Program-made: the position numbers and the translations under genes
Assembly (NCBI RefSeq): GCF_036568485.1
Contig: NZ_DATCSL010000089.1
Coordinates: forward strand, 30,367-94,366
DNA from: Thiomicrospira sp.
GTDB lineage: Bacteria > Pseudomonadota > Gammaproteobacteria > Thiomicrospirales > Thiomicrospiraceae
Length of the DNA: 64,000 nucleotides
Reading direction: 5' to 3'
Notes under the pieces: model-generated
Databases searched by the model: none
What the model was told of the DNA's origin: nothing
The model's input: the letters and a program-made list of their open reading frames with translations, nothing else
Shown: piece by piece, positions 43,452-53,666 of the stretch
Layout: each line of letters begins with the position of its first letter
Position numbering within the stretch: the stretch's first letter is position 1

Positions 43452-44598
43452 CCTTACGATCATCTTTGGCTTCGAACGACTGCACAACCTTTAACAAACG
43501 TCCGACCTCCCCACGCTGATAAAGCATACCATCAAGCATCTCATCACTAAGCGGCAACTTTGCTAACGCCTCCTGTAACGTGCAACCCAATACCACATCC
43601 AACATGGAAAAAAGACCCGACAAATAAAAACTCTCTGGGCGAGGTAACCCATCTTGTTGAGCGGCATGGCGTAAAAACAACGCCCTAATGCGTGCCATAT
43701 TAAAAACTTCAGCCGCCACATCTGACTGGGTATCCATCGCTATCATCGAGACCCAAGATTGCACTCTCTTCAAGCCAAATAACATCATGGCTTCTTTTAA
43801 ACTCGAAAACTTCGGCATTCCCAAGGTTCGATAATAAGTCGCTACCTTCAGTAGTTTATGCGCCAGCCCCATATCTTTCTCAACAATCGACAACAACCCA
43901 TCAATTGATGCAGACTCATCACTAATTTTAGCTAACAATTCAAGCAGGTTGAGCTGATTAACCGATAACTTCTTTCCTGAGACAATTTGAGGTTTGGCAA
44001 AATACGCACCCTGAAAAAGCACGCAACCCGCCTCTAGGCAAATTGCAAATTCGTCTTTTGTTTCGACACGCTCGGCCAAGAGTCGAGCCGAGGTTACTTT
44101 TTTAATGCGCTCAAACACCAGTTTAAGGTTTTCGGGTTTAACGGTTGAAATATCAACCTTGATGTAATCGGCTAAACGTAAAAATGGGATAAATTTTTCT
44201 TTAAAAACAAAATCGTCCAAGGCAATTTGATAACCCAGTTTTTTCAAATATTGGAGCCCTTCGATCACTTCTTCAGTAGGTTCAATGGTTTCCAATACTT
44301 CACACACAATCGCGTTACAGTCAAAAAATGGCGGCGTGCGTAATTTAAAAAACGATTCAGGAAAATTCACAAAGGCTTTTGCTTGTCCTACCAACTCATC
44401 CAAATTAAAGCCCATTAAAGCATTATGAAGTACCGTGGCCGTGGCTTGATCATCCGATTCAAACTCGGCGTAGTTCTGCTCGTAGCCATTGCGGAACAAG
44501 AGCTCATAACCATAAACTTGATTTTGTGGATTAAGAATAGGTTGACGCCCAATAAAAACATCAACAAAGGAAGGCGGGGCCGGATTCATAACCGTCAT
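43381..44598 (-). CDS. EAL-domain plus HDOD-domain protein
   Basis: 405 aa. The N-terminal half is EAL-like (QPIL…YELLFR, EVLE, LDDF, KVD, AERVET, FQG) and the C-terminal half is HDOD-like. Confidence 0.8.
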   Translation of the reverse strand: MTVMNPAPPSFVDVFIGRQPILNPQNQVYGYELLFRNGYEQNYAEFESDDQATATVLHNALMGFNLDELVGQAKAFVNFPESFFKLRTPPFFDCNAIVCEVLETIEPTEEVIEGLQYLKKLGYQIALDDFVFKEKFIPFLRLADYIKVDISTVKPENLKLVFERIKKVTSARLLAERVETKDEFAICLEAGCVLFQGAYFAKPQIVSGKKLSVNQLNLLELLAKISDESASIDGLLSIVEKDMGLAHKLLKVATYYRTLGMPKFSSLKEAMMLFGLKRVQSWVSMIAMDTQSDVAAEVFNMARIRALFLRHAAQQDGLPRPESFYLSGLFSMLDVVLGCTLQEALAKLPLSDEMLDGMLYQRGEVGRLLKVVQSFEAKDDRKVSSHYRHLYLEAVRDVNAIAQMA

Positions 44599-44726
44599 TT
44601 AACGCAACTCGGCTGTAGGATCGAACTCGACACTCTACCAAACTGGTAAAAATACGCAAGCTATTAATACTAAAAAGGATTCGATTTAAGTAGGATTTTT
44701 AATGATTCAACAAACAGCGAAGAGTC

Positions 44727-44748
44727 AAAGCACCAGGCCTGGTGCTTT
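44727..44748. repeat. intergenic iterated palindrome extended to the 22-bp perfect palindrome AAAGCACCAGGCCTGGTGCTTT
   Basis: Lies about 20 nt downstream of the cheW stop on the minus strand and upstream of the EAL/HDOD gene. Confidence 0.9.
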
Positions 44749-44766
44749 AATATAGGAAGCGATTAA

Positions 44767-45276
44767 CTAGCGCTCGACAAACATATTATCGGTATCCACT
44801 AGAATAATGACATTATCCTGATAGTGTGCAATCCCTTGAATATAGCCCGAAGCCCCCTCACGTGTTGCCGCCATTAAGTCGACTCTAGACTCAGGAATAT
44901 CTTTAACCTCTTGCACCTTGTCGACCATTAAACCGACCGCACGATCCTCATCCAGTTCCACAATAATAATGCGGGACAATTCATCTGACGGCTTGGAAGG
45001 CAAACCGTAAACACGACGCGTATCGACCACGGTCACAATCACACCACGTACATTAATCACACCGATCACATTCGGTGAAGATCCAGGTACTTTTCGGATT
45101 ACGCCAACACGTAATACTTCACGAATTTTTTTTACATTGATACCAAAGTTTTCATTGTCCAATCTAAACAACACACAACGTATCGTGGGGCTAATGTAAT
45201 CCTCATCATCAAGATCGGCTCCGTCCGAAAACAAACCGGTATTTTGATATTGGCGCTCGCCCGTTTGTACCGTCAT
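44767..45276 (-). CDS. cheW: chemotaxis coupling protein CheW
   Basis: 169-aa CheW-like domain, immediately downstream of cheA. Confidence 0.92.
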   Translation of the reverse strand: MTVQTGERQYQNTGLFSDGADLDDEDYISPTIRCVLFRLDNENFGINVKKIREVLRVGVIRKVPGSSPNVIGVINVRGVIVTVVDTRRVYGLPSKPSDELSRIIIVELDEDRAVGLMVDKVQEVKDIPESRVDLMAATREGASGYIQGIAHYQDNVIILVDTDNMFVER

Positions 45277-45291
45277 AACTTAATGCCCCTC

Positions 45292-47403
45292 TTATTGAAA
45301 ACGTTCCACCAGGCCTGGTAGGTCGAGAATCAGTGCAATACTACCATTGCCTGTTATGGTGGCGCCGGCATAGCCACTAACCTTATGTAGCATTAAACCC
45401 AAGGGTTTAATTACCACTTCTTCCTGACCATTGACCTGTTCAACCACCAAGCCAACGCGCTGGTTACCAATCGCTACGATAACCACTTTATCCCCCTGAT
45501 AGCTTTCCTTTTCTACATCCGGTGCTAACCAATCCGATAAGAAAAACAACGGGATACTCTGCTCTCGCAGACGCACCATTTTTTGGCCATCAATATTATT
45601 GGTTTTGTCTGGATTATAGTCGAAAATCTCTTGCACACTGGTTAACGGAATGGCATAACTATCTTCACCAAATGACACCATTAAGGTTGGTAAAATAGCC
45701 AGCGTGAGTGGCACACGAATTCGAATTTGCGTGCCCTGACCCATGGCGGAATCGATATCGATGCTGCCATTGAGTTTTGTGATCATGTTTTTGACCACAT
45801 CCATACCAACACCACGACCAGAAATATCGCTGACTTTTTCGGCCGTTGAAAAACCCGCGGCCATAATCAGCATAAAGGCTTGTTTATCATCGAGCTGTCT
45901 AGCCGCGGCCTCGTCCATTACCCCTTTTTCAACGGCTTTACGACGCAATAAATCCGCATCCATGCCCTTGCCATCATCGGTAATAGACAAGAGGATATGA
46001 TCCCCTTCCTGCTCTGCACCCAATACAATTTTGCCAACTTTGGCTTTACCAGAAGCAAGTCGATCTTCTGGCATTTCTATACCATGATCTACCGAATTAC
46101 GAACAAGGTGAACAAGCGGATCAGCGAGCGCTTCGACTAGGTTCTTATCCAGATCCGTTTCTTCGCCTTTTAACTCTAGCTCAATATCCTTGCCCAGCTT
46201 ACGTGCCAAGTCACGTACCACTCGTGGAAAGCGGCCAAATACTTTTTTCACTGGCTGCATTCGAGTTTTCATAACTGAGGTTTGTAAATCCGTGGTCACA
46301 TGATCTAAGTTTGCAACCGCATTTGAAATCTCTTCTATACTGGCATCCGCTGAGCGCAAAGTTAACAAGCGATTACGCACCAACACCAGCTCACCCACCA
46401 AATTCATAATTTCATCTAGACGACGAGTGTCAACTCGGACTGTTGAATCGCCTGACGGCTTCGCCTTTTCAGCCGGCTCCTCTTTTTTTGCGTCTACTTT
46501 TTTCGCGGGAGAAGCCGGTTTGGCTTTAGGCTTTGCTGGTGCTTCTGTTGGTTTTTTAGCCGGTGTTTTTACTTCAGCTTTAGGTGCGGAAGGTTTGGAT
46601 GTGATTTGTTCACGCTGAGCTAGTAACGCATCAAATTCTTCATCTGTCATATCGCCATCTGGATCAACCCCTTCTGGCAAAGTTAGACTGGGCTCAGCTT
46701 GTTGAACCGTTTGTGAGGTCGCTTTAGGCGACTCTGTCATCAATTGGTCACGCTGAGCTAATAAGGCTTCAAACTCCTCATCCGTTATATCACCATCCGG
46801 ATCAACCCCTTCTGGCAGACTTAAATTGGGCTCGACCACATCACCATCAGAAGAGACCTCAGCGGTTTTTTGCGCACGCTGTGCTAGTAACGCATCAAAT
46901 TCTTCGTCCGTCATATCACCATCCGGATCGACGCCTTCCGGTAAAGTCAACTCTACTTCAACCGATTCGGCTGGCTCTGATGGCATTTCTTCGGCCGTTT
47001 CCTCTGCTACATCTTGATTAGCAACGGGTTTATAGATCGCGTCTAACTCATCTAACAGTTCGGGTTCAGTATCTTCGATTTCTCGTTCGCCATCGTTTAA
47101 CAACCCAATGATTTGACTAACTTTATCGAAGGCTCTAAGAATGACATCGGCCGCATCGGCATCGTAGGCAACTTCGTGATTACGAATTTTATCGAACACA
47201 TTTTCAGCACGATGACAGATTTCAATTAATGGAACCACACCCAAGAAACCTGCGCCACCCTTGATCGTATGAAACCCTCTAAAAATAGCATTTAGAAGAT
47301 CCGAATCATCCGGTGAATTTTCTAAGTCAACCAACTGTTCATTCAGCTGATCTAAGAGTTCAGTGGCTTCGACTAAAAAGTCTTGTAAAATTTCTTCATC
47401 CAC
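45292..47403 (-). CDS. cheA: chemotaxis histidine kinase CheA
   Basis: 703 aa with a P1 HPt domain (FHTIKGG), P3, a P4 HATPase domain (GRGVGMDVV) and P5 (CheW-like). The region where P2 is expected holds three acidic repeats and a P/A/K-rich linker. Confidence 0.95.
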   Translation of the reverse strand: MDEEILQDFLVEATELLDQLNEQLVDLENSPDDSDLLNAIFRGFHTIKGGAGFLGVVPLIEICHRAENVFDKIRNHEVAYDADAADVILRAFDKVSQIIGLLNDGEREIEDTEPELLDELDAIYKPVANQDVAEETAEEMPSEPAESVEVELTLPEGVDPDGDMTDEEFDALLAQRAQKTAEVSSDGDVVEPNLSLPEGVDPDGDITDEEFEALLAQRDQLMTESPKATSQTVQQAEPSLTLPEGVDPDGDMTDEEFDALLAQREQITSKPSAPKAEVKTPAKKPTEAPAKPKAKPASPAKKVDAKKEEPAEKAKPSGDSTVRVDTRRLDEIMNLVGELVLVRNRLLTLRSADASIEEISNAVANLDHVTTDLQTSVMKTRMQPVKKVFGRFPRVVRDLARKLGKDIELELKGEETDLDKNLVEALADPLVHLVRNSVDHGIEMPEDRLASGKAKVGKIVLGAEQEGDHILLSITDDGKGMDADLLRRKAVEKGVMDEAAARQLDDKQAFMLIMAAGFSTAEKVSDISGRGVGMDVVKNMITKLNGSIDIDSAMGQGTQIRIRVPLTLAILPTLMVSFGEDSYAIPLTSVQEIFDYNPDKTNNIDGQKMVRLREQSIPLFFLSDWLAPDVEKESYQGDKVVIVAIGNQRVGLVVEQVNGQEEVVIKPLGLMLHKVSGYAGATITGNGSIALILDLPGLVERFQ
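46612..46950 (-). repeat. three in-frame tandem repeats inside cheA (L[TS]LPEGVDPDGD[MI]TDEEF[DE]ALLAQR)
   Basis: Protein residues 152-176, 194-218 and 240-264. The DNA copies are nearly identical over about 70 nt each. Confidence 0.9.
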
Positions 47404-47515
47404 GGCAGGTTCCTCATAAAAGCTAAAACTAGCTCAAAATTATCTTGCTCGCTTTAAAGCAATGATTATGCCATTAAATTCAAAAATCTCATTTTAGAAC
47501 AAGGCAACTGAAGGT

Positions 47516-48187
47516 CTAAAAACCTAACTGGCCAAGTAAGTCATCCACATCATCTTGGGAAGAAAGGTTATCTTGTTGACTGGATTTGGTGACATTGGGG
47601 CCGATGCCTTTTAGTTCATCTTCTCGTTTTGAAGACGCGCTACGTTCTGGCAAAGTGGATAGATCATGACCCGATCGAGAAATTAACTCCAATAAACTAC
47701 GTTCAAACGCGCCCATTACAATCATAATCCGATTCAAAACTTGACCCGTTAAGTCTTGAAAAGATTGCGCCATCATAATATTGGTGACTTGCGCTGACGC
47801 CTCATCTAACAAAGGCTTTATCGCCTGTGCTTGAGTAGAAGGAAGTTCAGCCATCAGTTGATTCGCTTGATCAAGGCACTCGGCCACACTCTCGGCAGCA
47901 CTAAGAGTTTTACTACTCGCTTCTTCGGTCGAAGCAATTACATATTCAAGGCGTTCAGATACATCCGGCAAGTCATGCTTTACTTGCTGCAATAGCTCAG
48001 TGTCATCAAGCTCTTTGAGAGTGTCATGTAGGTTGCGCGTCATCCTACCCAATTCTTGATAAAGTTCGTGCTCACGTAATTGAGTTAACTTATCAAGCTG
48101 AGCACCTGCAGCAATTAAATCGCCTGCCTCTAAATCAGACAGGAGAGTTTGCACGTCAGAAATACTTATTTGGGTTAATAACGACAC
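47516..48187 (-). CDS. cheZ: CheY-P phosphatase CheZ
   Basis: 223 aa with the catalytic-Gln context AQSFQDLTGQV and an acidic C-terminal CheY-binding peptide. Confidence 0.9.
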   Translation of the reverse strand: MSLLTQISISDVQTLLSDLEAGDLIAAGAQLDKLTQLREHELYQELGRMTRNLHDTLKELDDTELLQQVKHDLPDVSERLEYVIASTEEASSKTLSAAESVAECLDQANQLMAELPSTQAQAIKPLLDEASAQVTNIMMAQSFQDLTGQVLNRIMIVMGAFERSLLELISRSGHDLSTLPERSASSKREDELKGIGPNVTKSSQQDNLSSQDDVDDLLGQLGF

Positions 48188-48249
48188 ATCGCACCTCGAA
48201 ATATGAATGAATAATCCAGCGTAGAGTTAGAAAGGAAGGGTTAGATACT

Positions 48250-48281
48250 AAAAAAGAGCTAGGTTTCCCCAAGCTCTTTTT
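48250..48281 (-). terminator. hairpin (terminator or attenuator-like) between cheY and cheZ
   Basis: AAAAAGAGCT, an 11-nt loop, then AGCTCTTTTT, located 6 nt after the cheY stop. Confidence 0.45.
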
Positions 48282-48286
48282 GATAA

Positions 48287-48697
48287 TTACTCAGCTGCTT
48301 GTGCGCGTTTTGCGACATTTTCAAAGATTTTTTCAATTTTTGCATTTAAGGTTGCAGCCGTAAAGGGTTTGACAATATAACCATCCACCCCTGCTTGAGC
48401 CGCTTCTAGAATTTGACTGCGTTTTGCTTCAGCCGTAATCAGCAAAAATGGCGTTGCTTTTAATTTCTCATCAGCTCGTACATTTTTTAGCAACTGCAAC
48501 CCAGTCATTTGAGGCATATTCCAATCGCTCACAATAAAATCATACTTGCCTGTTTGCACCATCGGCCATGCGGTGGAACCATCATCGGCTTCATCGAAAT
48601 GACTAAACCCTAGCTCTTTTAAGAGGTTTTTAACAATTCGACGCATAGTAGAAAAATCATCTACCACTAAAATTTTCATATCTCGATTGATTTGCAT
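48287..48697 (-). CDS. cheY: chemotaxis response regulator CheY
   Basis: 136 aa with [20 protein letters not shown] and SDWNMP, near-collinear with E. coli CheY. AGGAA lies upstream of the ATG at 48697. Confidence 0.96.
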   Translation of the reverse strand: MQINRDMKILVVDDFSTMRRIVKNLLKELGFSHFDEADDGSTAWPMVQTGKYDFIVSDWNMPQMTGLQLLKNVRADEKLKATPFLLITAEAKRSQILEAAQAGVDGYIVKPFTAATLNAKIEKIFENVAKRAQAAE

Positions 48698-48737
48698 TCC
48701 ATATTTCCTGAATCTAATTTTTTGTTATTTTAGCATG

Positions 48738-49463
48738 CTAAATCCAGTCTGATAACCTGGATCGTAATCGTTTTATAGCTTGGCTGTGAATTTGACTCAC
48801 CCTCGATTCACTCACATCCAACACTTGGCCGATTTCTTTTAAATTAAGCTCTTCATCATAGTAAAGTGCCATTACCAAACGCTCTTTCTCTGGCAGTTGT
48901 TCAATCGCCTGAGTTAAACCTTCTTTAAATCCTGAATCTGCCAAATCTGCTAGCGGTGACTTGGTATGACTGTCCAGCTGGTCTTCCGATAAGTCTTCAT
49001 GATCAGGCTCATCAATTGACAATAATTGGGCACTACTCGTGTCTATTAGAATTTGATGGTATTCGTATAATGTAACACCTAACTCTTCGGCCACTTCACT
49101 ATCATGCGCTTCGCGACCTAATCTAGCCTCCACACTGGCCATCGCGCCACTCACCTCACGAGACTTACGATGAACCGAACGCGGTGTCCAGTCGCCTTTG
49201 CGAATCTCATCTAACATCGCGCCACGAATACGGATACCGGCATAGGTTTCAAAACTTGCACCTTGGGTCACGTTATATTTTTGCAAGGCTTCCATTAGAC
49301 CTATAACGCCAGCTTGAATGAGATCCTCTACAAACACGCTGCTGGGTAAGCGGCCTTTTAGATGATAAGCAATTTTTTTAACTAAGGGCAGGTAGTGCTC
49401 CACATCCCCTAAAGGACTGTCTTGCGTCGACTGCACCTGGTTATATAAACTGGCTCCGTTCAT
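48738..49463 (-). CDS. fliA: flagellar sigma factor FliA (sigma-28)
   Basis: Sigma-70 regions 2-4 are present (region 4: LNLKEIGQVLDVSESRVSQIHSQA). The start is either the ATG at 49463, with GGAG 9 nt upstream, or the TTG at 49481. Confidence 0.9.
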   Translation of the reverse strand: MNGASLYNQVQSTQDSPLGDVEHYLPLVKKIAYHLKGRLPSSVFVEDLIQAGVIGLMEALQKYNVTQGASFETYAGIRIRGAMLDEIRKGDWTPRSVHRKSREVSGAMASVEARLGREAHDSEVAEELGVTLYEYHQILIDTSSAQLLSIDEPDHEDLSEDQLDSHTKSPLADLADSGFKEGLTQAIEQLPEKERLVMALYYDEELNLKEIGQVLDVSESRVSQIHSQAIKRLRSRLSDWI

Positions 49464-49477
49464 CCGTTTTGACTCCG

Positions 49478-50377
49478 TCAATGACTGTTCCGTTTAAACA
49501 AATTTTCTACAAAAAATTGTAAATACCCTGTTGCGTCGCTTGGCACCGGCCATGTCTGTAGTTTCTTAGCCATGTCTCGAAAGGCTTTAGCAGACGGACT
49601 CATGGGTTGATTTAATGTGACCGGCACTTGCTTTTGAACAGCATCGCGCAAGGCTTGATCAAACGGTACCGTGCCAAAATAATCAATATGAACCTTTAAA
49701 AACTGCTCACATACCCGTGAAAATTTTTCATATAAACGCTGGCTATGCGCTGCTGAACGACTCATATTAGCAACCAAACGAAAGCGTGTAATTTGATAAT
49801 CTCGACTTAACACTTTTATGAGTGCGTAAGCATCGGTTATCGAAGCAGGTTCATCGCACACCACGACAATCACCTCTTGAGCCGCTCGGCAATAACTCAC
49901 CACACTATCTGCAATACCAGCGGCGGTATCAACAATCAACACATCTAATTCATCAGATAATTCTGCAAAAGCATTAATAATGCCAGCATTCTCTAAAGCG
50001 CTTAATTGGGCCATACGTTTTACGCCCGAAGCTGCTGGGATAATCTTAATCCCGCCCGGTCCTTCAACGATAACTTCACGCAAAGTTTTTTGACCGTCTA
50101 ACACATGTGACAAGTTGTATTTGGTTTGCAGCCCCAACATAATATCAACATTAGCTAAACTCATATCCGCATCCATTAGCAAGACTCGACCGCCTAGTTT
50201 GCTTAACGAAATCGCCAAATTAACCGATAGGTTGGTTTTTCCTACCCCGCCTTTGCCGCTGGCAACGGTAACAACCCGCACTGGTTTTTGTGGGCTTTTT
50301 TGTCCTCCTAAACTGACACTAGAAGTCTGAGGAGTGCGCTGCATTGCACGAAGACCTGCTGCTTGATCATTGCGCAT
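49478..50377 (-). CDS. flhG: flagellar number regulator, MinD/ParA-type ATPase FlhG (FleN)
   Basis: MRNDQAAGLRAM… N-terminus and deviant Walker A SGKGGVGKT. The ATG at 50377 overlaps the flhF 3' end. The longer ORF reaching 50464 is unlikely. Confidence 0.9.
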   Translation of the reverse strand: MRNDQAAGLRAMQRTPQTSSVSLGGQKSPQKPVRVVTVASGKGGVGKTNLSVNLAISLSKLGGRVLLMDADMSLANVDIMLGLQTKYNLSHVLDGQKTLREVIVEGPGGIKIIPAASGVKRMAQLSALENAGIINAFAELSDELDVLIVDTAAGIADSVVSYCRAAQEVIVVVCDEPASITDAYALIKVLSRDYQITRFRLVANMSRSAAHSQRLYEKFSRVCEQFLKVHIDYFGTVPFDQALRDAVQKQVPVTLNQPMSPSAKAFRDMAKKLQTWPVPSDATGYLQFFVENLFKRNSH

Positions 50378-51542
50378 TTGACATCTCCTTGCCCATACCA
50401 ATTCGGTATAACAAATCGTCATTCGTATTATTGATTTGCTGGCCCAATACGATCGCACGATCAATTAATTCATTGGCACTCATTTTCTGCAAGTCTTCTG
50501 GTACACGCTGACCAACCGAGACATAGGCCATTGGTAACTCGGTTTCAATCAAAACACTAATCACATTACCCAATTGCAAAGCCTCATCAACCTTAGTCAA
50601 AATACAACCCTTCAATACAACTTGACCAAAGGAATTAACGATATCTCGCATTACATTTAATTGAGTGGCGGCAGATAAAACCAAATAATTTCTAACCGAA
50701 CCGGCTCCTGCGTGACCGGATGTTAATTGCTGAGATAATTGCAAATCGCGCTGGCTCATACCTGCTGTATCAATCAGAACCAAACGCTTCATGTTTAATG
50801 ATGATAAAAGTGCATAGAGTTCACCCTGGGTATTGGCGACATATACTGGAACACCAATTAATTCTGCAAAGGTGCGCAACTGTTCCTGTGCGCCAATTTT
50901 GTAGCAATCTGTTGTAATCAAAGCGAGTTGATTGGCACCATAACGCATAACGAAACGACTGGCTATTTTAGCGATAGTTGTGGTTTTACCCACGCCTGTC
51001 GGCCCAACTAAAGCAACAATGCCTCCGCCATCAATAATGTCTCGTTCATGCTTGGGAATTAAGCTTTCAATATCCTGCAACAGAAATGACCAGGCCTGCT
51101 CCTCGTCCTGTTGTACGTCTTTAACCAGTCTTTGGCTCAGCTCCCAGCTTAAACCAAGGCCCATTAGACGTTTTAGTAAACTAACTTTATTAGGTTGAGC
51201 AATTTCAGATTGACCCCAGGCCAATCCAGATAATTGCTGCTCTAACAGGTTACGCACCGCTTGAAGCTCTTGCGACATTCTGTCCAGCTCTGATCCGGGC
51301 ATACTGGCCATACTTGGTGGGGTTGCAAAGTGTTGGTCGATTGGCGCTTTATAAGTCGCGTGTTTTTGTTCACGCTGACTTTGTTGATAGTGTTCGATCG
51401 CTTCTGGGTCAATAGCCGCGACCACTTCTACCCCTTCTGACAAGGTTCGGGTAGACAGGATCACCGCTTCAAGGCCTTGATCCTCACGAACCTTGACCAT
51501 AGCCTGTCGCATTGTTGGTGCAACATAACGCTTAATTTTCAC
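50367..51542 (-). CDS. flhF: flagellar biosynthesis SRP-type GTPase FlhF
   Basis: (M)KIKRYVAPTMRQAM N-terminus and GPTGVGKTTT. The GTG at 51542 has AGGAG 7 nt upstream. Confidence 0.9.
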   Translation of the reverse strand: MKIKRYVAPTMRQAMVKVREDQGLEAVILSTRTLSEGVEVVAAIDPEAIEHYQQSQREQKHATYKAPIDQHFATPPSMASMPGSELDRMSQELQAVRNLLEQQLSGLAWGQSEIAQPNKVSLLKRLMGLGLSWELSQRLVKDVQQDEEQAWSFLLQDIESLIPKHERDIIDGGGIVALVGPTGVGKTTTIAKIASRFVMRYGANQLALITTDCYKIGAQEQLRTFAELIGVPVYVANTQGELYALLSSLNMKRLVLIDTAGMSQRDLQLSQQLTSGHAGAGSVRNYLVLSAATQLNVMRDIVNSFGQVVLKGCILTKVDEALQLGNVISVLIETELPMAYVSVGQRVPEDLQKMSANELIDRAIVLGQQINNTNDDLLYRIGMGKEMSNAQ

Positions 51543-51562
51543 GACCAAACTCCTGATTCATC

Positions 51563-53653
51563 TCACCCATTCCCAACATTTGCTACCACACTAATTTGTC
51601 GATTTTCTGGCACTTCCGAGTAAGCTAAAATATGCAAACTCGGCAAACTGAATTTAAATAAGCGCGCCAATTGTGCCCGAATCTGCGGCGCCACCAATAA
51701 AACGGGAGCCTGACCTTCCATTTCAACTTTTTGAGATTCTTCTTTTAAGGTTCCATGCAAACGTTCTGCCAGGCCTGGTTCAATAGCCAACTGACCATCT
51801 GGCGCACCTTGAGTGGCCTGCAACAATAGCTGCTCCAGCGACGGTTCAAGCGTAATAACCTTCAACTCTGAGTTCATGCCCACAATATCTTGAATAATCG
51901 AGCGCCCCAAGGCTGCGCGAACATGCATAATAAGTTGAGAAGGGTCTCGCGTTTGCCCTACCTTTTCAGAAATGGCCTCAACGATTGTTCGCATATCACG
52001 AATTGAAATCTTTTCTTCTAACAAGCTTTGTAATACCTTCACTAACACAGCAAGTGATAACTGGTCAGGAATCAACTCATCCACCAATTTAGGCGAGGTC
52101 GCTTTTAATTTATCAAGTAATTGTTGGGTCTCATCAAAACCTAACAACTCAAAAGCATAATCTTGAATAACCTGACTTACATGCGTCGCCACGACAGTAC
52201 TGGCATCGACGACGGTATAACCCAGCGCTTGCGCTTGATCACGATCCACAGGATCAATCCAAACCGCTTCGAGACCAAAAGTCGGATCTTTAGTTGGTGT
52301 TCCGGCTATCTCACCATAAACGTTACCAGGGTTAATAGCCATTTCACGATCTGGCATAACCTCACCTTCACCCGAAGGCACGCCCATTAGCATGATTCTA
52401 TACTGGTTCGGTTTTAAGTCCAAATTGTCACGAATATGCACAGGTGAAACTAAAAAACCCAAGTCTTGAGATACTTTACGACGAACACCACGAATTCGTT
52501 CTAACAACTGACCATTTTGAGATTGATCCACCATCGGAATTAAGCGATAGCCGACTTCTAATCCGAGCACATCTACATTTTGAACGTCGTCCCAATCCAG
52601 TTCAGCTGGTTTCGATTCCTCAGCGAAATCCGGTTCTATAATGTTGCTCTGTACCGCCAGTTTTTTCTGTTGGTTCAGGTAAATAAAATAAGCGCCGATA
52701 CCCGCTAACACAGCAAACGACAAGAACGCAACATTTGGCATACCCGGGATCAGACCCATCGCGCCAACAATTCCAGCCGTCACAGCTAAGGCTTGTGGAC
52801 TCGAAAACATTTGCGATTCAAATTGCTCACCCATGTCTTCTTTGTCACCTGATACTCGGGTGACAATAATCGCAGTAGCCGTCGATAAAAGTAATGCCGG
52901 AATTTGTGCAACCAAGCCATCACCAATAGTGAGCAGCGTGTAAACTTCAACCGCCTCACCAAAACTCAAACCATGCTGCCCCACCCCAATCGCAAAACCA
53001 CCAATAATATTGATGACCAAAATAATAATGCCCGCAATCGCATCACCCCGGACAAACTTACTCGCACCATCCATTGAGCCGTAAAAATCGGCTTCCATGG
53101 TAATTTCTTTACGCCGTTCTTGCGCTTCTTCCTGTGTAATCAAGCCGGCATTTAAGTCAGCATCAATCGCCATTTGCTTACCTGGCATCGAATCCAAGGT
53201 GAATCGCGCGCTGACTTCAGCAACTCGTCCGGCCCCCTTAGTCACTACCACAAAATTGATAATCACCAAAATTGCGAAAATAATAATACCAACTGCATAA
53301 TTGCCACCAATAACAAACTCACCAAACGCTTCAATCACTTTCCCGGCGGCATCGCCCCCGTTATGGCCCTCAAGCAAAATAACGCGAGTTGATGCAATAT
53401 TCAGTGACAAACGGAACAAGGTCGCAATCAAAATAACGGTCGGAAAGACGGCAAAATCCAAGACACGTTTAGCGTATACCGTCACCATCAAAACAACTAA
53501 AGAAATCACGATATTAAAGGTGAAGAAAACATCCAACAAAAGTGGAGGAAGCGGAATCGTAATCATGCCTAACAAGGCTAAAATCAATATTGGTGCCCCG
53601 AGCCCACTTTTTAGCCATTTTTTAGCTTGTTGAAAAATTTGCTGAATATTCAT
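51563..53653 (-). CDS. flhA: flagellar type III export gate protein FlhA
   Basis: 696 aa of the FHIPEP family. Confidence 0.97.
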   Translation of the reverse strand: MNIQQIFQQAKKWLKSGLGAPILILALLGMITIPLPPLLLDVFFTFNIVISLVVLMVTVYAKRVLDFAVFPTVILIATLFRLSLNIASTRVILLEGHNGGDAAGKVIEAFGEFVIGGNYAVGIIIFAILVIINFVVVTKGAGRVAEVSARFTLDSMPGKQMAIDADLNAGLITQEEAQERRKEITMEADFYGSMDGASKFVRGDAIAGIIILVINIIGGFAIGVGQHGLSFGEAVEVYTLLTIGDGLVAQIPALLLSTATAIIVTRVSGDKEDMGEQFESQMFSSPQALAVTAGIVGAMGLIPGMPNVAFLSFAVLAGIGAYFIYLNQQKKLAVQSNIIEPDFAEESKPAELDWDDVQNVDVLGLEVGYRLIPMVDQSQNGQLLERIRGVRRKVSQDLGFLVSPVHIRDNLDLKPNQYRIMLMGVPSGEGEVMPDREMAINPGNVYGEIAGTPTKDPTFGLEAVWIDPVDRDQAQALGYTVVDASTVVATHVSQVIQDYAFELLGFDETQQLLDKLKATSPKLVDELIPDQLSLAVLVKVLQSLLEEKISIRDMRTIVEAISEKVGQTRDPSQLIMHVRAALGRSIIQDIVGMNSELKVITLEPSLEQLLLQATQGAPDGQLAIEPGLAERLHGTLKEESQKVEMEGQAPVLLVAPQIRAQLARLFKFSLPSLHILAYSEVPENRQISVVANVGNG

Positions 53654-53666
53654 TAGATTCCGTTAG

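Noticed and set aside
47404-47515. A sigma-28 (FliA) promoter in the cheA-cheZ spacer (TTAAAG…GAGCTAGT on the minus strand).
   Set aside because: The -10 region matches GCCGATAA poorly, so I have no confidence in it without TSS data.
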